From Phycisphaeraceae bacterium (lineage in GTDB: Bacteria > Planctomycetota > Phycisphaerae > Phycisphaerales > Zrk34): a DNA stretch of 20,491 nucleotides. Position numbers and translations under genes: made by a program. The stretch is taken from the NCBI GenBank assembly GCA_040905565.1, contig JBBDRF010000068.1, positions 1-20,491 of the forward strand, written 5' to 3'. Each line of letters starts with the position of its first letter. The first letter of the stretch is position 1. This document shows positions 8,635-17,099 of the stretch, one piece after another. The notes beneath the pieces were generated by a model. It saw only the letters and a list, made by a program, of their open reading frames with translations, did not search any database and was not told the DNA's origin.

Positions 8635-9693
8635 TCACTCCCCGTCGAGCTCCGCAAGCCGTGCGGTGGCCCGGGCGCGGGCCTTCTCCATCACGCTGGC
8701 GATCGAGACCGGCTTACCGCCCTCAGCTTTGCTCACATCCGCCGCCTGCATGAACGCGTAGATTTCGATTGACTCCTCAGCCGAGACCGAAGGCTCGCCA
8801 CTGCGGAACATGCGAACAATGTCCACCACCAGCGGGCGGTAGCCGTTGTATCCGCCGAGGTCCAACGTGCCTTCGCTCGTCAGGATCGTGCCGCCGTACC
8901 CGGGGCTCATGCTTCGCATGCCGCGCACCGTGCCGATGCGGCCGTCGTCCCAGACGCCCACCACCACGTCCTGCCCCTCGGTGTGCGTCCGCGTCACGCT
9001 CACACATCCGGTGCCCATCACGGTGAACAGCGGCTCCACGCCGTGGATCATGTACCAGAACAGATCCGGATGCGTCGGCTCCGTACTCGCTGGCGACCAG
9101 GTATCCGCACCCAGCACTTCGCCATGTTCGCCCGCCGCGATCGCCCCTGCATTCTCCGCATACCGCAGCGACGAACTGGTGAACAGCGGCACGTTGTACT
9201 TCTCCGCCGCCATGTAGATCGCGATCAGGTCCGTCAGCGAGGCCGCCGCGGGCTTATCCATAAACAACGGCTTGCCCGCCTGCAGCACCTTCAGCGCCTG
9301 CTCCAGCCGCGGGTGCCCGTCGTTCGTCAGCAGCAGCACCACGTCAACCTGCTCCAGCAACTCATCGATCGACCCGGTGATGGCAATGCCCATCTCTTCG
9401 AACTGCTCGGTGTAGCCCGGCTGCCTTTCCACGCTCTGCTGGAGGTTCGTGCTTCCCTTCGGGTTCGCCGCCACCACGCGGAAGCCCGCCAGATCGTCTG
9501 CCGCGTTCTCATCGTTGAGCAGCTTGGCGAAGGCCGGTGCGTGCGAGGTATCCAGCCCGATCACGCCCACGCGCACGAACGCCGTCTCTTCCTCCGCCCG
9601 TGCGACGCCGCTGAAACCGCCCAGCACCACGGCCGCGGCCATGACGAAAATCCCGGTCCACGTTCTGACGATCGATTCTGAATGAGCAAGCAT
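8635..9693 (-). CDS. Gfo/Idh/MocA family oxidoreductase with Sec-type signal peptide
   Basis: RVGVIGLDTSH Rossmann start, FMDKP, SSLRY, WYMIHG; signal peptide ending ARA; AGGAG RBS. Confidence 0.92.
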   Translation of the reverse strand: MLAHSESIVRTWTGIFVMAAAVVLGGFSGVARAEEETAFVRVGVIGLDTSHAPAFAKLLNDENAADDLAGFRVVAANPKGSTNLQQSVERQPGYTEQFEEMGIAITGSIDELLEQVDVVLLLTNDGHPRLEQALKVLQAGKPLFMDKPAAASLTDLIAIYMAAEKYNVPLFTSSSLRYAENAGAIAAGEHGEVLGADTWSPASTEPTHPDLFWYMIHGVEPLFTVMGTGCVSVTRTHTEGQDVVVGVWDDGRIGTVRGMRSMSPGYGGTILTSEGTLDLGGYNGYRPLVVDIVRMFRSGEPSVSAEESIEIYAFMQAADVSKAEGGKPVSIASVMEKARARATARLAELDGE

Positions 9694-9771
9694 CGTGACT
9701 CCTTCTAATTTGCCGCCGATCCTTCACTCACCCGCGCGACTGGCGGATGAGCGACGACCGGCCTAAAATGA

Positions 9772-9811
9772 TTGCACGAGAAATGCTACCGCGTTACCAT
9801 GCTCTCGTCAA
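9772..9811. promoter_or_regulatory. Overlapping divergent sigma70-type promoters
   Basis: Plus strand: TTGCAC (9772-9777)-17 nt-TACCAT (9795-9800). Minus strand: TTGACG (9811-9806)-17 nt-TAGCAT (9788-9783). Lies between two divergent genes. Confidence 0.6.
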
Positions 9812-9883
9812 CGCGTCGCCCGAGGCGTTGTCGTGGCCCTTAAGGTAACATGCAACCGCCGAATCACCGCAGGAGATTTGATC

Positions 9884-11314
9884 ATGATGCACCGCACGAC
9901 CAGTCGTCGCACCTTCCTCGCCGCCACCGCTGCCGCTTCACTGGCCTGGCCGCTGAGGCGCGTCCGCGGCGCGAACGATCAGGTTCGCATCGCGGTGCTG
10001 GGTGTGCGGAGCAAGGGCTGGCAGCACGTGGGCATCTTCCGCAGTCTGCCCGGCGTGCGGGTCGTGACGCTGTGCGATCCGGATCAGGCGATCCTCGACC
10101 GCCGGGCTGAGGAATCCGGCGAGCCGGTGAAGAAGGAGACCGACCTGCGCGCGGTGCTGGAGGATAAGGATGTCGATGCGGTCGTCGTCGCCACGCCGAA
10201 CCACTGGCACGCGCTGGCCACGATCTGGGCATGCCAGGCCGGGAAAGATGTCTACGTCGAAAAGCCCGCCGCGTACGATCTCTGGGAAGGTCGGCAGATG
10301 ATGGCGGCCGCTGCGAAGTACAACCGCGTCGTGCAGGCGGGCATGCAACGGCGTTCCGACGAAGCGCTCATGAGCGGCCTCACTGAGATCCGCGACGGCA
10401 AACTCGGCCGCATCCACCGCGTCAACCTCGTCCATTATGCACAGCGCGCAGCCATAGGCCGGACCACCACCGAAGTCCCCGACTCCGTTGATTACAACCT
10501 CTACGCAGGCCCCGCGCCGATGAGCCCCATCCGCCGCGACAACCTCCATTACGACTGGCACTGGTTCTGGGAAACCGGCAACGGCGAACTGGGCAACAAC
10601 GGACCGCACGGCATCGACCTCGCCCGCTTCGTCCTCGATCAGCACGCCTTGCCGCCCCGCGTCTGGAGCGTCGGCGGCCGCTACAAGTGGGACGACCTCG
10701 GCGAAACGCCCAACACCCACATCACCTATCTCGATTACGACCCCGCCCCGATCATCGCCGAGGTTCGCAATCTGCCTGCCGCTGCCGACGTGAATGCCGC
10801 CCCCAACCTGCGCGGCGTGCGGACGGGCATCATCGTCGATTGCGAAGATGGCTACTTCTCAGGCCTCAACGGCGGCGCCATCTACGACCACGACGACAAC
10901 CGCATCGAAACCGTCGACGGCGACGGTGGCCGCCATCACCAGGCGAACTTCATCAAGGCTGTGCGATCCCGCAACGCCGCCGACATCACCTGCAACGCCG
11001 AGGACGGCCACCTCTCCGGCAGCCTCTGCCACCTCGGTAACATCGCCTACCGCGTCGGCGCAGAGGCGACCTCCGAGCAGATCCATCAGGCGATCGAAAG
11101 CGACACCGCCGGCCGCGACAGCTTCGACCGCATGACCGAGCATCTCGCTGCGAACGAAGTCGATCTCGAGGCGAAGCCCCTGACTTTCGGGCCGTCGCTG
11201 ACGTTCGACCCGACCGCGGAACGCTTCACCGGCCCCTCGCCGCTGACCGAGGCTGCGAACAACCTCCGCCGCCGCGATTATCGCCGGCCGTTCGTCGTCC
11301 CCGAGCAGGTTTGA
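9884..11314 (+). CDS. Tat-exported Gfo/Idh/MocA family oxidoreductase
   Basis: AGGAGA RBS at 9871-9876 and ATG at 9884; SRRTFL Tat motif; VVVATPNHWH, GKDVYVEKP, GMQRRS, WHWFWETGNGELGNNGPH. Confidence 0.94.
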   Translation: MMHRTTSRRTFLAATAAASLAWPLRRVRGANDQVRIAVLGVRSKGWQHVGIFRSLPGVRVVTLCDPDQAILDRRAEESGEPVKKETDLRAVLEDKDVDAVVVATPNHWHALATIWACQAGKDVYVEKPAAYDLWEGRQMMAAAAKYNRVVQAGMQRRSDEALMSGLTEIRDGKLGRIHRVNLVHYAQRAAIGRTTTEVPDSVDYNLYAGPAPMSPIRRDNLHYDWHWFWETGNGELGNNGPHGIDLARFVLDQHALPPRVWSVGGRYKWDDLGETPNTHITYLDYDPAPIIAEVRNLPAAADVNAAPNLRGVRTGIIVDCEDGYFSGLNGGAIYDHDDNRIETVDGDGGRHHQANFIKAVRSRNAADITCNAEDGHLSGSLCHLGNIAYRVGAEATSEQIHQAIESDTAGRDSFDRMTEHLAANEVDLEAKPLTFGPSLTFDPTAERFTGPSPLTEAANNLRRRDYRRPFVVPEQV

Positions 11315-11325
11315 AACAAGGGTTA

Positions 11326-11369
11326 GCGGGCGATCGCAGGTCGCCGTTTCTGACGACTCGATCGCCCGC
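11326..11369. terminator. Hairpin between convergent genes, putative terminator
   Basis: GCGGGCGATCG...CGATCGCCCGC, an 11-bp perfect outer stem; no clear U-tract. Confidence 0.5.
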
Positions 11370-11388
11370 CGCCGCTCACTGCCGCGCC

Positions 11389-13110
11389 TTACCGCTCGAC
11401 AAATCGGCGAATCTTCGCCTTCTTCCCTTTGATATGCGTCTTCTTCATCGCACGGAGCACGTCGTCGATGACTTCCTCGGGCAGTTCCACAAGCGAGAAG
11501 TGGTCGGCGATGTCGATGCCGCCGATCTGCCCGCCGCTGATGCCCGACTCTCCCGCGATCGCGCCGACCAGATCGCCCGCGCGGACGCCGGCACTCCGAC
11601 CCGCACCAATGTAGATGCGGCCCATCCCCGCGCCGGGGCCGCCTCGGTTGTCACCACGCTGCGGTCGTCCGCCGCCTCGCTCACCGCCCCGATCGCCCCC
11701 CCGATCGCGCCCGCGGTCCCCGCCGCGCCCCGGGCCTGACGTCGGCATGGCGGCGAAATCCTCCCCGCCATCCTCCTGCTCACTGTCGCTCGCCTCCTGC
11801 AGCACCTTCACTGCGGCGAGCGCCACGTCCATCAGATCGTGCTCCTGTGCCAGCGATTCAACCACCACGCGATACGCATCAAGCTCGCCCCCGACCAGCG
11901 CTTCCTCGATCGCCACACGCGTCACTTCAACCCGCCTCGCACGCAGGTCCGCCACGGTCGGCACCTGCTCGATGCTGATTTTCCGCTTGATTTGCCGCTC
12001 AAACTGCCGCAGCAGCCGCGACTCTCTCGGGTCCGAAAGCGTGATCGCCACACCCTCGCGCCCCGCTCGGCCCACCCGCCCGATCCGATGCACATACGAA
12101 TCAGGCGTCGCCGGCAGATCAAAATTGATCACGTGCGAAAGCTGTTCAATGTCCAGCCCGCGTGCCGCCACATCCGTCGCCACCACCAGGTCAATCGTCC
12201 CCTCACGCAGCTGGGCGATCACCCGCGTCCGCTGATCCTGCGAAATCCCCCCGTGCATCGGCTGCGAGCGATACCCATGCGCCGTCAGCCGCTGCGCCAG
12301 CTGGTCAACCTCCGTCCGCGTACGGCAGAAAATCAACGCCGAGTCCGGGCTTTCCAGATCTAAAATTCGGCTAAGCGCCGTCAGCTTCTTCGCCCGCGGC
12401 ATCACATACGCCACCTGCCGAACGTTCGGCGTCACGCCCTTGGCCAGCGGCTCCTTCGCGATCTGAATCCGCAGCGGATCACGCAAATACTTCTTGGTCA
12501 TCCCCGCAATACGAGGCGGCAGGGTGGCAGAGAAAAATACGGTCTGGCGCTCCTCCGGAAGCTCCGAAAGAATCGCTTCCAGGTCGTCCGCAAAGCCCAT
12601 GTCCAGCATCTCGTCCGCTTCGTCCAGCGCCAACATCGAGATGCTGCCCAGGTTCATCGTCCCCCGTCGAATGTGATCGATCGCCCGCCCCGGCGTCGCC
12701 ACCACCACATCCACACCCCGGTCCAGCGCCCGCCGCTGCTGACCGAACGAATGGCCCCCGTAGATCGCGATGACGGAGATATCAAGCCCCCGTCCATAGC
12801 GGTACATCGCCTCGGCGACCTGCATCGCCAACTCACGCGTGGGAACAAGAATCAGCGCCGAAGGCTTCGCACGCTTGCCCCCCAGCTCCGCCACGCGCTG
12901 AAGCATCGGCAGCCCGAAAGCCGCCGTCTTCCCCGTGCCCGTCGCAGCCTGACCAATCAGGTCGCGGCCGCCAAGCAGCGGGGGAATCGTCTCGGCCTGG
13001 ATCGGGGTCGGCTCCTCGTATCCAAGCTCACTAAGGGTGCTAACCAGCTCCGGGCGGAGGCCCAGACTGGCGAATTCATTATTGTTTCCGGTGGAATTTT
13101 CGTTAGGCAT
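11389..13110 (-). CDS. deaD: ATP-dependent DEAD-box RNA helicase, DeaD/CsdA type, with DbpA-type RNA-binding domain
   Basis: Q motif GYEEPTPIQ, AATGTGKT, PTRELA, TPGR, DEAD, SAT, ARGLD, HRIGRVGRAG; RGG-rich linker and C-terminal GDLVGAIAGE domain. Start placed at ATG 13110. Confidence 0.93.
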   Translation of the reverse strand: MPNENSTGNNNEFASLGLRPELVSTLSELGYEEPTPIQAETIPPLLGGRDLIGQAATGTGKTAAFGLPMLQRVAELGGKRAKPSALILVPTRELAMQVAEAMYRYGRGLDISVIAIYGGHSFGQQRRALDRGVDVVVATPGRAIDHIRRGTMNLGSISMLALDEADEMLDMGFADDLEAILSELPEERQTVFFSATLPPRIAGMTKKYLRDPLRIQIAKEPLAKGVTPNVRQVAYVMPRAKKLTALSRILDLESPDSALIFCRTRTEVDQLAQRLTAHGYRSQPMHGGISQDQRTRVIAQLREGTIDLVVATDVAARGLDIEQLSHVINFDLPATPDSYVHRIGRVGRAGREGVAITLSDPRESRLLRQFERQIKRKISIEQVPTVADLRARRVEVTRVAIEEALVGGELDAYRVVVESLAQEHDLMDVALAAVKVLQEASDSEQEDGGEDFAAMPTSGPGRGGDRGRDRGGDRGGERGGGRPQRGDNRGGPGAGMGRIYIGAGRSAGVRAGDLVGAIAGESGISGGQIGGIDIADHFSLVELPEEVIDDVLRAMKKTHIKGKKAKIRRFVER

Positions 13111-13166
13111 GACAGAGTTTAACAGATCATCGCCGCGCCGTCTCACCCCCTCCCCCCAACACACAA

Positions 13167-13197
13167 CCCCCCGAAGCCCACGGCGTACCGCCGTGGG
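13167..13197 (+). repeat. REP-like hairpin, copy 1
   Basis: CCCCCCGAAG followed by CCCACGGCG-TAC-CGCCGTGGG (9-bp stem); 13167-13193 is identical to 15677-15703. Confidence 0.8.
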
Positions 13198-13355
13198 ACT
13201 CCGTTATTTTTTCTTCTCTACAGCCGCCCCCTTCGCAAGCCGATAATACCCTTGACGCCGAACGAAGTCGGACGCGTTGGGCAACCGACAGCCACTGCTT
13301 CCAAGATGCAGCAGCCCCGCTTGAAAACCCCAACCGCCCGTCTCGTTCTGCCCTC

Positions 13356-13375
13356 TCCGTGAAACCGTTCACGGA
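13356..13375. promoter_or_regulatory. Palindromic operator candidate
   Basis: TCCGTGAA-ACCG-TTCACGGA, a perfect 8-bp inverted repeat upstream of the B12/GGDEF operon. Confidence 0.4.
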
Positions 13376-13535
13376 TTCGAACATTCCGAACACTTTCACG
13401 AGATCAGTCCATGAACGACCGGTCATTCCAATCCGTGTCGCCGCCCTGACAGCCTCGCATCGCAAAAAAGTCCAAACGCGAATGCCTGAGCCCCGCCGCT
13501 CATCACCCCCGAAGTCCGGGGAGGAGCCCTGTCAG

Positions 13536-14576
13536 ATGACCACCCCCACCAGCGAAACCCTCCGCCTCGATCGCGACCGCCTCGCCGACGCCGTCGTCAG
13601 CCGGCTCACCACAGCTGGCACCCTGTCTTCCGAAGCACGCAACCAATGCCTCGAGGACACCCGTCAGCACCTGGATTATCTCGCCCACGCCGTCGCCTCT
13701 GAAGATCCGGAAATCTTCATCGCGCACCTCCGCTGGGCGAAGATCGTGCACGTCGCGCTCAATCGCAACGTCGACGCCCTCGCCGCCCAGTTCCACGCCC
13801 TCCAGCAGGTGCTCCACGACACGCTCGGCAGCTCCCCCGCGGAAGACTACCTCGCCTCCGCACTCGCCCAGTTGCCGCAGATGCCCACCGAGCTGCCGTC
13901 GTTTCTCAACAACAACGACGCCCTCGACACTCTCGCCAACGATTACCTCGCGCTGCTGCTCAACGGCGATCGCAACGCCGCCAGCCAGCTCATTCTCGAA
14001 AACGTTGAGCGTGGCGTCGCCGTCCGCGACCTCTACCTCCGCGTCTTTCAGCCCGCCCAATACGAAGTCGGCCGCCTCTGGCAGCTCAACCAGATCACCG
14101 TCGCTCAGGAACATTTCTGCACCGCCGCCACCCAGCTGATCATGTCCCAGCTCTACGCGAACATCTTCTCCACCACACGCGTCGGCCTCAAACTCGTCGC
14201 CACCGCCGTCAGCGGCGACCTCCACGAAGTCGGCATCCGCATGATCGCCGACTTCTTCGAAATGGAAGGCTGGGACACCCTCTACCTCGGCTCCAACCTC
14301 CCCACCGAATCCGTCATCGCCACGCTCCGAAGCGAACAGCCCGACCTCCTCGCCATCTCCGCCACGCTTACACCCCACGTGCATCACGTCCATCAGCTCA
14401 TCGCCGCCATCCGCCGCCAAGCCGATATCGCCCACACCCGCATCATCGTCGGTGGCTACCCCTTCTCCGCCACGCCACGCCTCTGGCAACACGTCGGCGC
14501 CGACGCCACCGCCTCCGACGCTCAGGCCGCCGTCGAGATCGGCACCACGCTCGTCCCCTCGAAAGCCTGCGCATGA
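13536..14576 (+). CDS. Globin (phycobiliprotein-like) + CarH-type cobalamin-binding protein; putative photoglobin/photocobilin-like photoreceptor
   Basis: GAGGAG RBS and ATG at 13536. N-terminal helical domain with CLED..HLDYLA.AV...DP; four-helix cap with W-x9-EH (W182, E192, H193); Rossmann domain DLHEVG (H230), GWDTLYLGSNLP, ISAT, IIVGG; no HTH. Confidence 0.88.
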   Translation: MTTPTSETLRLDRDRLADAVVSRLTTAGTLSSEARNQCLEDTRQHLDYLAHAVASEDPEIFIAHLRWAKIVHVALNRNVDALAAQFHALQQVLHDTLGSSPAEDYLASALAQLPQMPTELPSFLNNNDALDTLANDYLALLLNGDRNAASQLILENVERGVAVRDLYLRVFQPAQYEVGRLWQLNQITVAQEHFCTAATQLIMSQLYANIFSTTRVGLKLVATAVSGDLHEVGIRMIADFFEMEGWDTLYLGSNLPTESVIATLRSEQPDLLAISATLTPHVHHVHQLIAAIRRQADIAHTRIIVGGYPFSATPRLWQHVGADATASDAQAAVEIGTTLVPSKACA

Positions 14577-15670
14577 TCGACCACCCCCAGACACAAGGCA
14601 TCGCCATCATCTGCGATACGCAAGGCGGCGTCCGGCAGATCCTCCGCGATGACCTCAATCTCGTCGCACCCCCTCAGCCCATCGCCAACTTCACCACGCT
14701 CTTCGATCGCGCCAGCTCCGCCAAAGCCGCACAGTTCCTCGCAGCTGTCATCGCCCAGGGCGCCGCCTTCGACTGGCAACTCAACGCCTGCCTCAAAAAC
14801 CGCATGACCATGCTCCACTTCTTCGGCTCCGCCAGCGACACAGGCCTCCTGCTGCTCGGCGTCCGCTCCAGCGAAAACATCGTCCGCTTTCAGGACGAAA
14901 TGAGCCGCATCAACAACGAACACGTCAACGTCCTCCGCGAGACCATCCGCCAGCAGGCCGTCGCCGTGGCCGCGGTCGAACCCAAAGACGATCCGCAGCA
15001 GATCGAAGCCATGTCCGAGCTCAACAACGAACTCGTCAACATGCAACGCGAACTCGGCCGCAAGAACGCTGAGCTTATGCGCGTCAATCTCGAACTCCAC
15101 CGCGTCAACAGTGAACTCGAAGACACCCGCGCTCAACTCGAGCAAAAGCACGAGCAGCTGCTCGCCGCCAATACCCAGCTCGCCGACCTCGCCGCCACCG
15201 ACACCCTCACCGGCATCCCCAACCGCCGGGCCCTCGAGCAAAGCCTGCAACAAGCGTTTTACACCGCAAAGTTAGAGGACCGCGCCCTCTCCGTCGCCAT
15301 CATCGACGTCGACCACTTCAAATCGCTTAACGACACGTTCGGCCACGCAGCCGGCGACGAAGCGCTCAAGCAACTCGCCAACATCCTCAGCAAGACCGCA
15401 CGCGAATCCGACATGGTCGCCCGGCTCGGCGGCGAAGAGTTCGCCCTGGTCATCAGGAACGCCGCAGGCAAAGAGGCCCACAAAGCTGCCGACCGCTTAC
15501 GCCAAGCCATCGAATCCGCCACCTGGCCCGACCGTCCCATCACCGTCAGCATCGGCCTCGCCACACTCCGCCCCGAACACACCTCAATCGACCAGCTCCT
15601 GGAACAAGCCGACGAAGCGCTCTACACCTCCAAAGAAACCGGCCGAAATCGCGTCACCGCAATCCAATAA
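14573..15670 (+). CDS. Diguanylate cyclase (PAS-like domain, coiled coil, GGDEF)
   Basis: TDTLTGIPNRR, DVDHFKSLNDTFGH..GD, RESD I-site, RLGGEEF, ADEALY.SK..GRN; ATGA overlap with the upstream gene. Confidence 0.95.
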   Translation: MIDHPQTQGIAIICDTQGGVRQILRDDLNLVAPPQPIANFTTLFDRASSAKAAQFLAAVIAQGAAFDWQLNACLKNRMTMLHFFGSASDTGLLLLGVRSSENIVRFQDEMSRINNEHVNVLRETIRQQAVAVAAVEPKDDPQQIEAMSELNNELVNMQRELGRKNAELMRVNLELHRVNSELEDTRAQLEQKHEQLLAANTQLADLAATDTLTGIPNRRALEQSLQQAFYTAKLEDRALSVAIIDVDHFKSLNDTFGHAAGDEALKQLANILSKTARESDMVARLGGEEFALVIRNAAGKEAHKAADRLRQAIESATWPDRPITVSIGLATLRPEHTSIDQLLEQADEALYTSKETGRNRVTAIQ

Positions 15671-15676
15671 CCATCT

Positions 15677-15703
15677 CCCCCCGAAGCCCACGGCGTACCG
15701 CCG
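15677..15703 (+). repeat. REP-like hairpin, copy 2 (3' arm truncated)
   Basis: CCCCCCGAAGCCCACGGCGTACCGCCG, identical to 13167-13193; begins 7 nt after the GGDEF stop codon. Confidence 0.8.
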
Positions 15704-15727
15704 GTGCTGTGTGCGAGTCGCCCCCCC

Positions 15728-16972
15728 TCATCCATGCAGCCCTTCCAAACGCGACATCAATTCCCCCGTCACCTGCTGTCCCCGCCGTTGCATCACCGCC
15801 TCCGCCACCTCGATGAACTTATCAAGATCGTACCGCTGCTCACCTTTGTCCGTCAGGAACGCGAAGCGGTCCACGCACTTCGGCGGGAACATCGAAACCG
15901 CCAGCATCGCCCCTGTATTCAAGCACGAACCGGTCACCAGCCGCGTCCCGATCGCCGTCTTAACATGGTCGCCGATGATCGAACCAAGGTGCGTCATCCC
16001 CGTCGCCTCAGCAGCGTCACCAACTTCTATCTGCATCTGAACCGGACTATAAGTGTTCTTGAGATTACTAGTGATAGTATCCGCACCCAGGTTCACCCAT
16101 TCGCCAACATAACTATTGCCCAGGTAACCCGAGTGCGCCTTGTTCGCGTGGCCATGGAACACGCAGCCGTTCACCTCGCCGCCCACTTTACACATCGGCC
16201 CGATGATCGTCCCCGCCCGGATATGCCCGTGATTGGTCACAATACTATTCGGCCCCACATAGCCCGGCCCGACCACCACGCTCATCGAGCGCACCTCAGC
16301 CCCGTCATCAATCGCGATCGGCCCCGCCGACGTATCGAACACCACATGCGGATGCACCGTGGCGCGCGGCGAAACCAGCACGCCGTTGCGCCCGACCACC
16401 GTCACGCCCAGCAGCGAGCCGTTCAACGGCTTCAAGTGCCCCATCTGCCCAAGGTCATGTTCAAGATTCTCCTCCGCCCTTTGCAGCAGTTCCCAAGGGC
16501 GCCTCAACAGATTGGCATGACCGACCACACGCTTATCAAGGCCATTATCAAACGTTCCCGCGTCGCCTTTTTCATCGAGCCGTTCGAGAAACGCTTCGAC
16601 GCGATCCCACGTCAGCCTTGCCGCCACCACGTCGCCATGCTCGTCGACCAGCACCGTGTTCAGCCGGTTCGGCAGCTCCGCATTCACGCGCGTCCATCGA
16701 CCGTTGATCAGCAGCACCCCGCCGCCCGGTCCACCCGCAGCATCCTTCACACCCGCAAGCTCATTGACCGGAACCGTGTGCCGCGCCCGCACTAACGCCG
16801 CCAGCCCAGCAGGCACCCACATGCCCGTCGGCTCCGCGCCGAGTTGAGCGGTCAACCGTTCATGCGTCGTCACTGCACCGCTGCGTACTTCAAAGCTCGC
16901 CCGAAGATCGCACAACGGCCCGAGCTTCCCACGACCATCATCAAACAGGATATATCCCATGTCCTTCGCCAT
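15728..16972 (-). CDS. GlmU-like putative sugar nucleotidyltransferase/acyltransferase (alternative bacterial GlmU type) with hexapeptide repeats
   Basis: LGPLCDLRASFEVRSG, LLINGR, left-handed beta-helix region, GPMCKVGGEV, NKAHSGYLGNSYVGEWVNLGADTITSNLKNTY, GDHVKTAIGT. Confidence 0.88.
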   Translation of the reverse strand: MAKDMGYILFDDGRGKLGPLCDLRASFEVRSGAVTTHERLTAQLGAEPTGMWVPAGLAALVRARHTVPVNELAGVKDAAGGPGGGVLLINGRWTRVNAELPNRLNTVLVDEHGDVVAARLTWDRVEAFLERLDEKGDAGTFDNGLDKRVVGHANLLRRPWELLQRAEENLEHDLGQMGHLKPLNGSLLGVTVVGRNGVLVSPRATVHPHVVFDTSAGPIAIDDGAEVRSMSVVVGPGYVGPNSIVTNHGHIRAGTIIGPMCKVGGEVNGCVFHGHANKAHSGYLGNSYVGEWVNLGADTITSNLKNTYSPVQMQIEVGDAAEATGMTHLGSIIGDHVKTAIGTRLVTGSCLNTGAMLAVSMFPPKCVDRFAFLTDKGEQRYDLDKFIEVAEAVMQRRGQQVTGELMSRLEGLHG

Positions 16973-17099
16973 GCCATTCCTATCGGCTTACAAATAGTCC
17001 AACTCTTCAAATCGCCCCCGCCCCACATCGCCCCGCCCGTGGCCGTGATCTGCCACTACACCCTTTCCAAGCACCCGCTTCAACGGGTAAACTATCGGC

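Noticed and set aside
11634..11735. Imperfect 12-bp tandem repeats
   Set aside because: They encode the ordinary RGG/GGDR low-complexity linker of the DeaD helicase.
13250..13535. Cobalamin riboswitch upstream of the B12-binding gene (GCCACTG near 13291)
   Set aside because: No GGGAA elements or proper B12 box in the expected order; only an isolated heptamer. An Rfam scan would settle it.
13359..13535. 59-aa N-terminal extension of the B12 protein in the ORF track
   Set aside because: The strong GAGGAG RBS precedes ATG 13536, and the extension does not look like a protein. Extensions given for deaD (13164), the Tat oxidoreductase (9833) and 19252 were trimmed on similar start-context grounds.
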